DNA of 64,000 nucleotides from Azolla caroliniana (Eukaryota; Plantae; Polypodiophyta): NCBI GenBank assembly GCA_043228905.1, contig JBHGNT010000001.1, positions 2,480,001 to 2,544,000 of the forward strand, read 5' to 3'. Shown piece by piece: positions 50,677 to 62,500 of this stretch (position 1 is its first letter; each line of letters starts with the position of its first letter). The notes under the pieces were generated by a model. It saw only the letters and a program-made list of their open reading frames with translations, ran no database searches and was not told where the DNA came from. The position numbers and the translations under genes were made by a program.

Positions 50677-51132
50677 TGTTGGAGGGTGGCAGCTCCAGAC
50701 CTGCACTCTCTTCCATCTTTATTATCTCTGTACTACATTCTCTCTCTTCCCAGATTCTTTTCTCTCTAGAATCTGCAACTCTTTAAATGCCTTCTCTCTC
50801 TAGAATCTGCAATGCTTTAAATGCCTTTTGTCTCTTCCACTTTTTCCAAGATATTCCCTTTTTTTATTCCTAGTTTATTGTACTTGTTTGGTAGTACAAG
50901 AGTCTCTTAACTACCAAACAACCATTCCCTATTTCGTATAAATCGGCTTATACCAGCCTCTTTTGTAAGGAGATTATTTTCTGCTGCTACTTAGAAACAA
51001 GCACAACTCTTTGGCTGTGTCTCTACTCTTTGCAACCAGTTTTTTTACTGTTGTCTAACAGCCTTCTCACAGCTTGGCTGTGTTTATTTTGTTCTAACTC
51101 TTTCGCTGCTGCTATTGACAGTTTTTCTCACA
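50677..51132 (+). repeat. 3' LTR (456 bp)
   Basis: Matches the 5' LTR with about 12 substitutions; one copy of the 208-bp segment. Confidence 0.95.
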
Positions 51133-51723
51133 AAAATAATCACATGAAAGATGTATATTTTCCAACGCATACATATAAACGAAGAAATTCAAATTCCAGT
51201 CTTTGATGTGTCATATTCAAAAACTCGCGTGGGAAACATACATTTCCTCTCACAAAGAACAACATCGACCATCATATTTGATAATTCATGCTCAAAAATC
51301 ACATGTTTTTTATATACATTTCCTATCATATAGGGAAAAAAAAAGTTCCAGATTCCATTTCTATCATAGTTGCGCAAGGCCATCATTTGCTGATTCATGT
51401 TCAAAAATAATTATATGAAAGATGTACACTTATCGACCATAGAGAACGGAAAAAAAACAAGTTTTAATTCTAGACATTTTATATGTTACATTTTTTCTAT
51501 GATTGAGATCAGTCAGTATGATGGATTTGTAAAGAAAACAGCATGGATTTTCCTATGATTAATATCAGTACAATGAATTATTATGATAATAGAGTATAGA
51601 TTTAGAGAGCTTTGGTGATTAGATGAAACCAAAGCTGCTAAGCATAAAAGAGGTAAATTTAGATTGAACAAAAACAGGAGAAGATTATTATTTGCCGAGA
51701 CACAAAGCAAAGAGAAAACATAC

Positions 51724-51800
51724 CTTGAAGGAATCGACGGCGGCAGGATTATATGTACCTTCTTCGCTCTCCTATTCACCTGTTCTGTGTACATGTCGAA
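51724..51800 (-). other. Putative non-coding first exon of RAD5A
   Basis: Strong minus-strand donor AAG|GTATGT at 51723 after a GC-richer segment. The RAD5A ATG is immediately preceded by an acceptor (ttctagcAG|ATG). The upstream boundary is a guess. Confidence 0.5.
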
Positions 51801-52779
51801 GGCGCCAAGCAAAAATGGTCAGAAATCTGAGGCTGTCTATGTTCATACCGACCGGACAAAGAGATTTTATGCATCTCTCGGATGGACACAAAATAAATAA
51901 TGTATCACCTAGGCAATCTTCACACACGGCCTAGGTTCCATTGTACATGACGCCATGGGGAAATTCCGAAACAACCGAGTCAAAAGAACTAATGGTCACG
52001 TCTAACATTCTCCTTTGGGACCTCTCTATCTTGTCCGTATGATCGGGATGGAAACCCTCTAATAGATACTTTTACGTTATGTACTTCTTACGTCTTATTT
52101 TTGTTTGTGGTTGTTTCGATAAGATATGTTAGGGTTAACCCATATATACATGCAACACTTAGTATGATCTCATACTTTAGGGTGGGCGATCTTGCTCATT
52201 GGTCTAGAAGTTAACATCTAGACAGAGAGGCATGTCAATCTTGTTAAAACATTATGGTTCAACATCGGCCTTAAGCCTACTAAGCATCTATCTCATGTTC
52301 CTGCTTGCATTTGGAATATCATAATAGTTATTATATGTTTGACAATTGATGCAACCATAGTGATACTCAAGGATGGGAAGTAGTAACCCTTCTTATTAGG
52401 AATTAGGAGTTACATACGAGACGATGTGTTTATTTGGACCCATAAGTCAAAAATATCCTCCTTGTGGATGGTAAAAAAACTATTATCTTACGTGAATGGA
52501 TTCCTCGCTAGCTCATGGTTGTGATTTAAACGAGGTTGAAACATCCAAGCTTTAGACATTGACAAATTATGAAGATGTAAAGTCGATGCCCAAACATCTT
52601 TGGCTTTAGTATTGTAAACTTTGCCATAGAGGGGAAGATGAAAACAAGTAGTTGTTGATATGGTTCAAAGGGCCAATAGGGAACTGAAAATGCCTAATTA
52701 TAGTAGGAAGTTTGTGGATGGGCAACACTTATTATTAACATTATCACGAAGGTTCCTATTTGCAAAACAAAAAAGATTA

Positions 52780-52870
52780 TACATGTACATGACCCTATAG
52801 TCATATGGAGTATAAATTTGATTGATTCAGGGGCAACTTCCAACAACTTCATTGGAATCCAGCAATATAC
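52780..52870 (+). mobile_element. Decayed Ty3/gypsy aspartic protease relic
   Basis: LIDSGATSNNFI at 52818-52853 matches the LIDSGATHNFI retropepsin motif; surrounding frames are broken. Confidence 0.5.
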
Positions 52871-53195
52871 TTGGAAAGAAGTTATCCCAGTCATAAATGT
52901 TTATTGCCTCAATCCATGATGTCATCTAATACCATTGACCACAAGATGACTCCATTTGAACTTTGTATTGTTGATTTGTAACAAGAAAATATCGTGCTCA
53001 ACCTCATATTGTCTCCCATTCATTTGCATTCCACGACAAGCTTTGTCCATAGGAGGAGCCATCAAGGATTGATTCATTGGTTTGCAAACAAGCCAAATAT
53101 TATCTTTCCACTTGTGTAGGAGTCATCCTCGACAAATGTGTATAGGTTTAAGAATCCTCATCCGTGATAGCCTATAACAATCAAGTAAGAGAGGG

Positions 53196-53420
53196 ATGGA
53201 CGAAAAGAGAGTAATTGTCACTTATAATAATTGTGGACTAACAACAACCAATTGCTTCTTTTGTACGAATCAAGTAGAAGATAACACTCATTATTTTCAT
53301 ATAATGTTTAACATTTGCTTGTTAGATTTTGGGTTACATTTCTCATATTTGGCAAGCTATTTCACATTGTTATTTGACACCAAGATAATGGGTGTTTTCA
53401 TGATTCACACAACTCAATGA
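53196..53420 (+). mobile_element. Possible LINE zf-RVT relic
   Basis: GLTTTNCFFCTNQVEDNTHYF fits C-x2-C-x4-E-x3-H; otherwise degraded. Confidence 0.4.
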
Positions 53421-53692
53421 GAGATCCTTTTTTCTTTTTCATAAACTTTGGGGATTGCATCATGATTGGGATATATGCATAATTTGTTACTGTCTTTGGT
53501 GGTAGGCATGGATTATCTATGAAAGTTTGAAGAGAGCATTGACATTTCTTTCATTGGTGGAGTTGTTCTTCTTGCATATTGGCGATTCATGATCATGCCC
53601 CACGGAGTAATTGAGACACCACTCAATTATGGTACCGATATTTGGTAATTTTCTTAAGAATCACTGCATGATTTTTTTTTAAAAGCCATGTT

Positions 53693-53938
53693 TTATGGAG
53701 TATAAGAAAGATCCTCACGGTAATCCGCCATGAGGTGAAGGTCCTTCTTCAGTATCATCCCAGTTGTGGCGGATGATGCGATGATGCTCGCATCATAATA
53801 GGTGGAATCGAAGGTGATAATGCAGGTTTCTCCAACCTTCAGAAATGTTGATGAATTATTGACACTACGTAGCATATGCTGAACTATGATATCTTCCGGG
53901 AAAGGATTTGTATATGCAAATCTTTTAGTCTTTCCCAT
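53693..53938 (-). CDS. Small beta-rich protein, family copy 6 (81 aa, SV subgroup)
   Basis: YTNPFPxDxxVQxM shared with 34671 and RSV..IIT shared with 31591/22290. Putative 5'-UTR intron at 54045-54202 (CAG|GTATG ... ctacAG); UTR gatctaaag..accc shared with 34629. Confidence 0.75.
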   Translation of the reverse strand: MGKTKRFAYTNPFPEDIIVQHMLRSVNNSSTFLKVGETCIITFDSTYYDASIIASSATTGMILKKDLHLMADYREDLSYTP

Positions 53939-55127
53939 AATTTGTAATCCTCTTCTTCCGGGGAAAGGATCAGGGGGTGCAGGGCGATATTGATGATGAT
54001 GTAGCTTGGGTATCTTTAGATCATTAAATGAATATCACACATATCTGTAGCATAAGAATGAATATCTTCGGATACGCCTCAAGAGTGGAGAATTAAAGAG
54101 ATACTTAGTTTCGACATGATTTAAATCGGGATGGATATATAACAACATGAGATGTGCCTAAGACTCCATACAAACATACAGATCAGCGCATAACCGTCAT
54201 ACCTGGCTGCAGAGAGCCTGCTAGTTTCGGTTTGACAGATTAAATCCAATCATAACATTCTCTCTCTCTCTCTCTCTCGAAATGGTCGCGCTTGGCAGGC
54301 ATACCATGGACATTAACATCTCTATCGTTTCTTCCACTAATATTGCAGGGGCTAATTCATCATAATCTAAAATTTTATGCTCCTAATCTTCTAATTAGAA
54401 TCCAATTCATTACATCTTCATTGATTCTTCTAATTATACCATAATCATTATAAGCGCGCACACATGTGTCATCATACAGAAGTAGGCTCTCCTTAAACTT
54501 TTCTGTAAGTACTTCAAATCTAATCTAGGATGAGTTAATATACTGAACAACAATCAAATCAATGGAAAGCCGCACGCACACACACTCACCCACACGAAGA
54601 AGTTAAAATTAATTCAATCATATGACATAGCGTGCCACTAATTCAATCATGTGAGATATAGTACCACTTCATCAGTTATGCATTGATTCACATAATTTAC
54701 TTAATAAATCCTCTCCGCACACGCACACGCACACGCTCACAAAAGAAAACAGATTCACTAAAGATCAGCTCTAACTCCACACATCCATCCATCCAATACC
54801 TGTCTTTTTGCGTAACGACGCAGGTCAGATGTGCAGGAGAAAGCCGTCCGTACTTAATAGAATGCCATTTCATCAGTTAAATCAGTAGTCAAGTTCACTT
54901 GATTTTATTATATTCCTCATGTCAACTAATCATTTGCCTCCTACATTAACTTGATTGAATATCTACTATATATATGGAAATATATTAGAAACTTCCTATA
55001 TGTTCGCCTCTACTCGATGGTTTATAGCCAAGGAAATGTAACAGAAACTACTTCACTCTTTATAGGTAAGGAAATAATGAATATTTTGATTAAGAAAATA
55101 ATGGTTGGAGGGTGTTTAACAAGACCA

Positions 55128-56253
55128 CGCACCCCCCCATCAAAGGGCAAGAGATGAACTTAAGATACCACAGGTGTCGCATACCATCAAATATATAACC
55201 TTCAATTGTATGTTCCGCACCCCCATCAAAGGGCAAGAGATGAACTTAAGATACCAGAGGTGTCCCATACCATCAAATATATAACCTTAAATTGTATGTT
55301 CCGCACCTCCATCAAAGGGCAAGAGATGAACTTAAGATACCAGAGGTGTCCCATACCATCAAATATATAACCTTAAATTGTATGTTCCGCACCTCCATCA
55401 AAGGGCAAGAGATGAACTTAAGATACCAGAGGTGTCCCATACCATCAAATATATAACCTTAAATTGTATGTTCCGCACCCCCATCAAAGGGCAAGAGATG
55501 AACTTAAGATACCAGAGGTGTCCCATACCATCAAATATATAACCTTAAATTGTATGTTCCGCACCCCCATCAAAGGGCAAGAGATGAACTTAAAATACCA
55601 TAGGTGTCCCATACCATCAAATATATAACCTTAAATTGTATGTTCCGCACCCCCATCAAAGGGCAAGAGATGAACTTAAGATACCATAGGTGTCCCATAC
55701 CATCAAATATATAACCTTAAATTGTATGTTCCGCACCCCCATCAAAGGGCAAGAGATGAACTTAAGATACCAGAGGTGTCCCATACCATCAAATATATAA
55801 CCTTAAATTGTATGTTCCGCACCTCCATCAAAGGGCAAGAGATGAACTTAAGATACCATAGGTGTCCCATACCATCAAATATATAACCTTAAATTGTATG
55901 TTCCGCACCCCCATCAAAGGGCAAGAGATGAACTTAAGATACCATAGGTGTCCCATACCATCAAATATATAACCTTAAATTCTATGTTCCGCAACCCCAT
56001 CAGAGAGCAAGAGATGAACTTAAGATACCAGAGGTGTCCCATACCATCAAATATATAACCTTAAATTCTATGTTCCGCATCCCCATTAGAGGGCAAGAGA
56101 TGAACTTAAGATACCAGAGGTGTCCCATACCATCAAATATATAACCTTAAATTCTATGTTCCGCATCCCCATCAGAGGGCAAGAGATGAACTTAAGATAC
56201 CAGAGGTGTCCCATACCATCAAATATGTATAATATAACCTTAAATTGTATGTT
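55128..56253. repeat. Tandem array, 13 copies of an 86-bp unit
   Basis: Unit starts at ~55128, 55215, 55301, 55387, 55473, 55559, 55645, 55731, 55817, 55903, 55989, 56075, 56161; near-identical, no spacers. Confidence 0.97.
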
Positions 56254-56452
56254 GGACCGATTAATGTTCTCAATAGGGTGGAGAGTTAGGCCAACAAAAC
56301 CCACATGGACCGAAGAAAGAGCCCATTGGTGGGGGGGGGGGGGGGGTCCTTGGCTGGTGTGAAGAGACTTAAAGGTTCAGCAGAGTGGCAGAGAGCAGGT
56401 ATTTGCCGTTGGAATTTCAATATCGATATCGATCGATATACATACATATCGG

Positions 56453-56545
56453 AGACACAGACACAGAGACAGAGACAGGGAGACAGACACAGACACAGAG
56501 ACACAGAGACAGAGACACAGAGACACAGAGACAGAGAAAGAGACC
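56453..56545. repeat. (AGAC/AGACAC)n simple repeat immediately upstream of the kinesin ATG
   Basis: Directly visible. Confidence 0.85.
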
Positions 56546-59500
56546 ATGCATGGCGGCGGCGGCGGCCCGCCACAAGCACCTCCACCTATTCGCCCCAATT
56601 CTCCCGCCAGGTTCAGATCAATGAGCAGTAGCCATCACCACCACAACACCAACACTTCCACTTCCATGGTCCCTTCTTCTTCTTCCTCCTCCTCCTCTCC
56701 TCCTTCCCTTTCTTCGTCTGCCTCTGCGTCATCTTCCTCTTCTGCTTCTGCTTCTGCTTCTACCCCTGTGTCTTCGCCTCCGGATCACCGAGAACGTGTT
56801 CAGGTCGTGGTTCGTTGTCGACCACTCTCCGAGAAAGAGATTTCTGCAGGCCATAAACTCTGTGTCTCCATTGACACAGAACGTCGTTCTGTCGAGGTAC
56901 ATCTCCTCCTCCCTTTCAAAAAACATTTCTTCCCATTTTCCTTTGTTTCCAAGAATTATCTCATCACTGTGAAAAAGGCAGTTTTTTTAGCTTTAATTAC
57001 CTTAAACCTATACGTTTTCCCTTTTACTCATCTTATGCTTTCACGGATTCTTTCTTTTTCTTCCTCTGATTGTTTTGTTTACATGGATTTTCTTTGCTCT
57101 GGTGAAAAATGTCATTTTTATTGCTTTAAACACTCAGTTTATCAAGTTATGTTTTTCTTTCCTTACTTTTAGAGGCCCTTTATTTTTATTTTTGCTATCA
57201 TGGAATTTTCCTCTTCCCAATTGTATTTTCTTTTGTTTTTTGCCCGAATTGTGGAATGTTGTTCCATTTACTGTGAGAAGAACATATCGAACAAGGTTTT
57301 TCTTACAAGGAAGTTTAAATTAGCATAACCAACTATATAGTCTGATCTAGTAGGTGAATATGACATTGATCCCACTGGATTTTTGGGCCTCATTTTTTAG
57401 GGATATATGTATAGCATCAATTTCACCACCTTAAATGGATTTTCTCCCCCCTTTGTCCTTTTATTTTTAACTTCTTGATAATAATGCCATTCATTCCTTT
57501 TGTCGTGCATTGTGAATGGTCTCTGCTTTACTTGCAAGTTAGTTTTAATATGTGTATCTTAATATATAGTATTCAATATAGAAGAATGGAAAATAGCTTC
57601 AATCCCACTGTGTTTTTTTGGATTTAGGATTATATCTTGTAGAAAAAAAGTTGATAGGATAGGCATTCTATTGGTTTTTAGGAATCAACGGTTGTTTCAA
57701 GAATAATGGAATTTCTATGATATTCTACCTGTTTTATAGTCTTACATGAAAGTATGGAAATATCATATGCATCTTTTAGGGATCCGGGGCTGCTTTAAGA
57801 AAACTGTTGATTGATACAATCATTTTACTAGGTTTCTTGGGGTTCCGAGGTTCCTTTGAAGAAATTATTAATGGGTTTTAGGGTTCTGAGTAAAATTGTT
57901 GATGGGATGCACCATTCTTTTACGATTTCTAGGTCACTTTTGAGAAAACTGCAGGCGGGATACATGCCACCAGATTCATCAGGAGTGAGGGTACTATGAG
58001 GACAGATGGCAGTACTTTCAATATCAGGAACGCATGATCATCATTGGGCTTTATGTTATATAGGTTCCACATTTAACTTATTCAGCTTTGATTTGATCTA
58101 GAGGCTATATTCAAGGGATATTACGCTCCTATCTCATCACATAAGGCAAGTAGTCAATTAATTAGATAAATCCAGGTCCTATAGTCTGGTATCTAATGGT
58201 TCCCAAGGAATTCTGTAGGTGACTGAATATGTATGTAATTATCTTTGGGAATGTAGGATTCATAACCCACTTTCTTTGAGGTCTCAGCATGTGTTCTGTT
58301 AAAGAAAGAGAAGCAGACACTATTTATATAACTACCTTCCAAGAATATTCAAATTTAGAACGGAACAGCTATGGTCTCTTGCTTGATCATTAAATGGGAA
58401 ATGCCTCAGAGTACCTTGTGATGGGTATATTGGTCAATGGATGGGAAATATCAATTTTTTTCATGGGATTCGTATCACGCTTGTATGTGTTATCACTGCG
58501 CTGTTAAAATTCCATGTTATCGCTCCAAGATTCACTAGTGGCAATCTTAACAGGTGCACAATGTTGGAGGGCGGTTTTCCAACGACTATGCACTCAAGTC
58601 ATTTACTTTTGATAGGGTATACAATGAGAGGTCTACACAGAAACAAATATATCAAGATGTAGCACACTCGATTGTCCACAGTGTTATGTGTGGATATAAT
58701 GGTACTGTTCTTGCCTATGGACAAACTGCTTCTGGAAAGACTTACACAATGGAAGGATTTGATCACTCTCCTGGTGAGTTAGCTTAAGAAATCATGGATT
58801 TTTTGCACTTATATAATCATTGTCGGTGCATCGTTTCATAATAAGTGATAGTAGATAATAATGAGGTGGAAGGCTAACTACAATGCAATTTCCTACCTTT
58901 CTCTTTTGAAGATTTGTGGGGTATCACTCCCAATGCATTTGAGCACATTTTTGATCATATAAGAGATAGCCAAAGCTCAGAGAGCTTTCTAGTTCGGATA
59001 TCTTACCTTGAGATTTACAATGAAGAGATACGGGACTTGCTCTCTCCTGGCACACACAAGAAGCTTGAACTGAAAGAGAGCGCAGAAAGTGGAGTGTATG
59101 TGAAGAATCTCACTTCTCTGACTGTGAACAGCATCACTGATATTCGTCAGCTTCTGATGGTTCTAATTATTCTTTATCTCTACTTATTTACCTTGATTAT
59201 GTTTTTGTTTGTTCCGATATAGGATTTATTCATATGTGCATACTTTCACGCAGCTAGGTAAAAAGAATAGGGCAGTAGGGGCGACTGCGATGAATCAGGA
59301 TTCTTCACGATCTCATTCCATCTTCACAATTACCATTGAGACAAGCTCATGTGAGCCAACAGAAAATGGGAAAGCACATGTCCGAGTTGGTAAATTGAAT
59401 CTGGTGATCGCAATAGCTATATACTAGGTTATTCATTCCTACCGTCTCTTAGGTATTCAAATATCATGTCTGGTTTGTAATATCAGAAAATTGCAAACAC

Positions 59501-62500
59501 AGGTAGATCTTGCTGGAAGTGAAAGGCTAAGCAAGACAGGTGCTGTTGGTGAAAGATTTAAGGAGATGACAAAGATAAATTGGTCTTTATCTGCCCTTGG
59601 AAATGTCATATCAGCACTTGTTGATGGAAAAAGCTCACATATACCATATCGTGATTCAAAGTTGACACGCCTACTTCAAGATTCACTAGGTGGAAACACT
59701 CGAACTGTAATGATGGCTAATATTGGTCCAGCTGATTACAACTATGAGGAGTCAATTAGTACATTACGATATGCTAATCGTGCGAAAAACATAAAGAATA
59801 AACCTCATATTAATGAGGATCCTAAAGATGCAATGATATCAGAGTTTCAAACAGAGATTCAGCGGTATTTAGTTTGTCGTTTGCCGTTCTTTCTTTCCAC
59901 GTAAGCATGAATGAAAAATATGAGTTCTTTCTATAAATAGGGTGAAATTTTTCACCACAGGCTCAAGTCTCAGATTCAAGCAAGTCATGCAGATTTGGAT
60001 GTTATAAGGAGGCTTCATTCCTTGGAGCAAGAGAAATTAATGTTTACTGAACAACTACAGCAGTATAAGAAAAAATTCATGGAGGTGACTTCAACCCAAC
60101 ACATGAGTGAGGAAGCCATTGCCTGTCTAAAGGCAGATCTTGAAAGAAAGGTGAGTTGGTTGATGCTCACTTCCTAAGATAGGTAATGTGAAGAGAAAGA
60201 AAGTAAAGGAATATCAAAGGTTCGTCATTTTCTGCCCCATTGAAGTAGAAAGATAGGTACATCATTGGCTCTTGATGGCTTTATTGGCCCCTAGAAATGC
60301 ATAGAACTGTGACCATAAGAAAATAAAATCATCAATAACCTTGTGTAGACACCAGGACACTTGCATGGAACACCAGGATACCAAGTCACCTGGACTGCAA
60401 AAAGTATTCTCTCCTGGACAATGCTATGAACATAGTAAATATATGATCTGAGCATAGGATAATGGGGCCCTTGTGATAATCCTTATGGAGGATTCTCGTT
60501 GACTTTTTTCAGCGTCAGCGACTCACCCAGGCTGCTTGGTCTAATCTTTTGACATTTTCTATATAGCCTAGTACATGATTTGGGCATGGCTGTGGCAGTC
60601 ATGGAATATTTGATTCACACTGGTTATGGTTTCTGGATATCATTGGCCTTTAATTATTCTATTTCAATGTGGTTATTATGGATTTTCTGTGTGTATGAAT
60701 TGAGGCCTTTCTGAGGTGAGCTAATTACACATAGGAGACGCACCAAAACTGTGTTCTAGTATATAAGTTGTTTGTACTATATCACAATTATTGAACTTTT
60801 CACCATTGTTTTCAGTTAGCTGCTTGATTTGTATTTTTTTCACCCATTTTTCTTTTTTAAAAACCTGTTTTTTAATATACCAATTTCTTGCATTTTTCAT
60901 TAAGTAATTGGATGTAGCTGATAGCCTGGTGCTACATGCCAATCCTCTCCATTCTTTGGCACTTCTAGTTTAAATTTAGGAGCCCATTACATCTACCACA
61001 TTGGTAATGGCTAAGATTCATTTGTGTAGGCTTTAGGAGGTCAGCAATCAAATTAAATAATTGTTTTAGAAGACAAATATCTGTAGATTTGGTTGTATTG
61101 TAAGGATGTGCTTTATTACAACTGTGATTTTAAATATTAGTACTCCAAGATACTATTTTTCATGCAACTATAGATTTGGTTTGCTAAATTGATCTTTATT
61201 GTGCCACAGGCTCAGTTACACCTAGAAACTGTAAAGGCAGAAAAGGAACGGAATGAGGAAGAAAAGGAAAGGGTCATCAGTCAGTTGTTAAAACAACTGA
61301 AAGAGATGGAGCATGAAAATCAGGTAGGGAATGTATCTATCTGCATTTAGGAAGTGGTAAAAGCTTTGATTTCATTGCTTAATAGGAGAATGGCAGACTT
61401 ACACAAAGATATACCCCTAGAAATTACAGAAGGTAGATTTTGTTTTGAAGGGAATCCCGAACATGAATATCGTGGGTCTCAAGGCAGCAATCACTTCTTG
61501 AGGATTTCTTAGAGGAACCAAGCTCATGGTATACTCTGTTCCAAAATCCACCTCTTAACTCTTCACCTAATGCAACATTTCTGGATAGGGTTTAGGGTTT
61601 CGATCAGGAACCAAGGGCAGAAGGCTTGTCTTGGCTATTTGGTTGGATGAATAATTGAACAATCGTATCCCTAAGAATAGGCTGTAATTTCTGATAATCT
61701 TTATAAGAAGGAAATAAAAGATAACCTGGAGCACGTCCTGTAAAATTTACTTAATGAAGACCTAATCCAAATATGTTGTAAGCCATACTACTGCTGAAAT
61801 AATGCACATAGAAAAAGTAAGGCCCATATTTCGTTTTGCCTTTATTATTAGCACGTTTACCTGTGTCAATTGAGTCAATTTACATGTGAGAACGGACATG
61901 AGGGGCACCCTTATTGTTAATGGATGATCCACTTTTCCATGTAAGACAATATCTTAGGGGTTGTAATTAGAGATTACTGGATACGTAAGTTCAATGGTAG
62001 ATAGTCTGAATATGTTCCAGTTCAATGGTAAAAGAAATGTCAGCAACCTGTCTTCTGTGTTTCCTAATTTGTGATATACTAGTTCAAGAGCTTTCCTGAA
62101 AGACTCTTCTGCTTCTCGAAGTTCAAGAATTTGACATCTCTGGGTCTTGTATGAGGTTTCTAGAATTCAAGAGGTTCAATTTGAGATCTTGATTTTCAAC
62201 ATTCGATTGCCCTGCTTCTTGAACCATTGCCCACCATCTCAAACCCTTTCCTTTTTCTATACACGACTTCTTTGACTTAGGCCCTTGGTGCAAGCATCAT
62301 CACACACTAAGAATCTTTATACATTTTATCTTAATAGCAGTATTTTAATTGGTATTATTGTAGTGGCTGACTAGTCTAATGTGCAAGGCTGATCTCTAAG
62401 AAAATCTTTACAAAAAAAAAATGTTTGGTATGTAAGCCCTGGTGAATTGGTTACCTTTATTTGTCTAGAAACCCTAGTAATTGCAAAATTATAGATGGAT

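Larger units (their letters stand above)
45391..51132 (+). mobile_element. Full-length Ty1/copia LTR retrotransposon
   Basis: TG...CA LTRs (45391-46262, 50677-51132). AAAAT target-site duplication (45386-45390, 51133-51137). PBS TGGTATCAGAGC at 46263 (tRNA-iMet); purine tract at 50663-50676. Domain order gag-PR-IN-RT-RH. Confidence 0.98.

Noticed and set aside
55128-56253. CRISPR-like array
   Set aside because: Units are contiguous and near-identical with no unique spacers, there are no cas genes, and the context is eukaryotic.
56286-56631. ORFs 56286-56585, 56305-56631, 56377-56598, 56385-56624
   Set aside because: Low-complexity translations of the AGAC repeat and G-run overlapping the kinesin 5' end.
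32134-61601. TTTAGGG motifs (~32135, ~61592)
   Set aside because: Isolated single units, not interstitial telomeric arrays.
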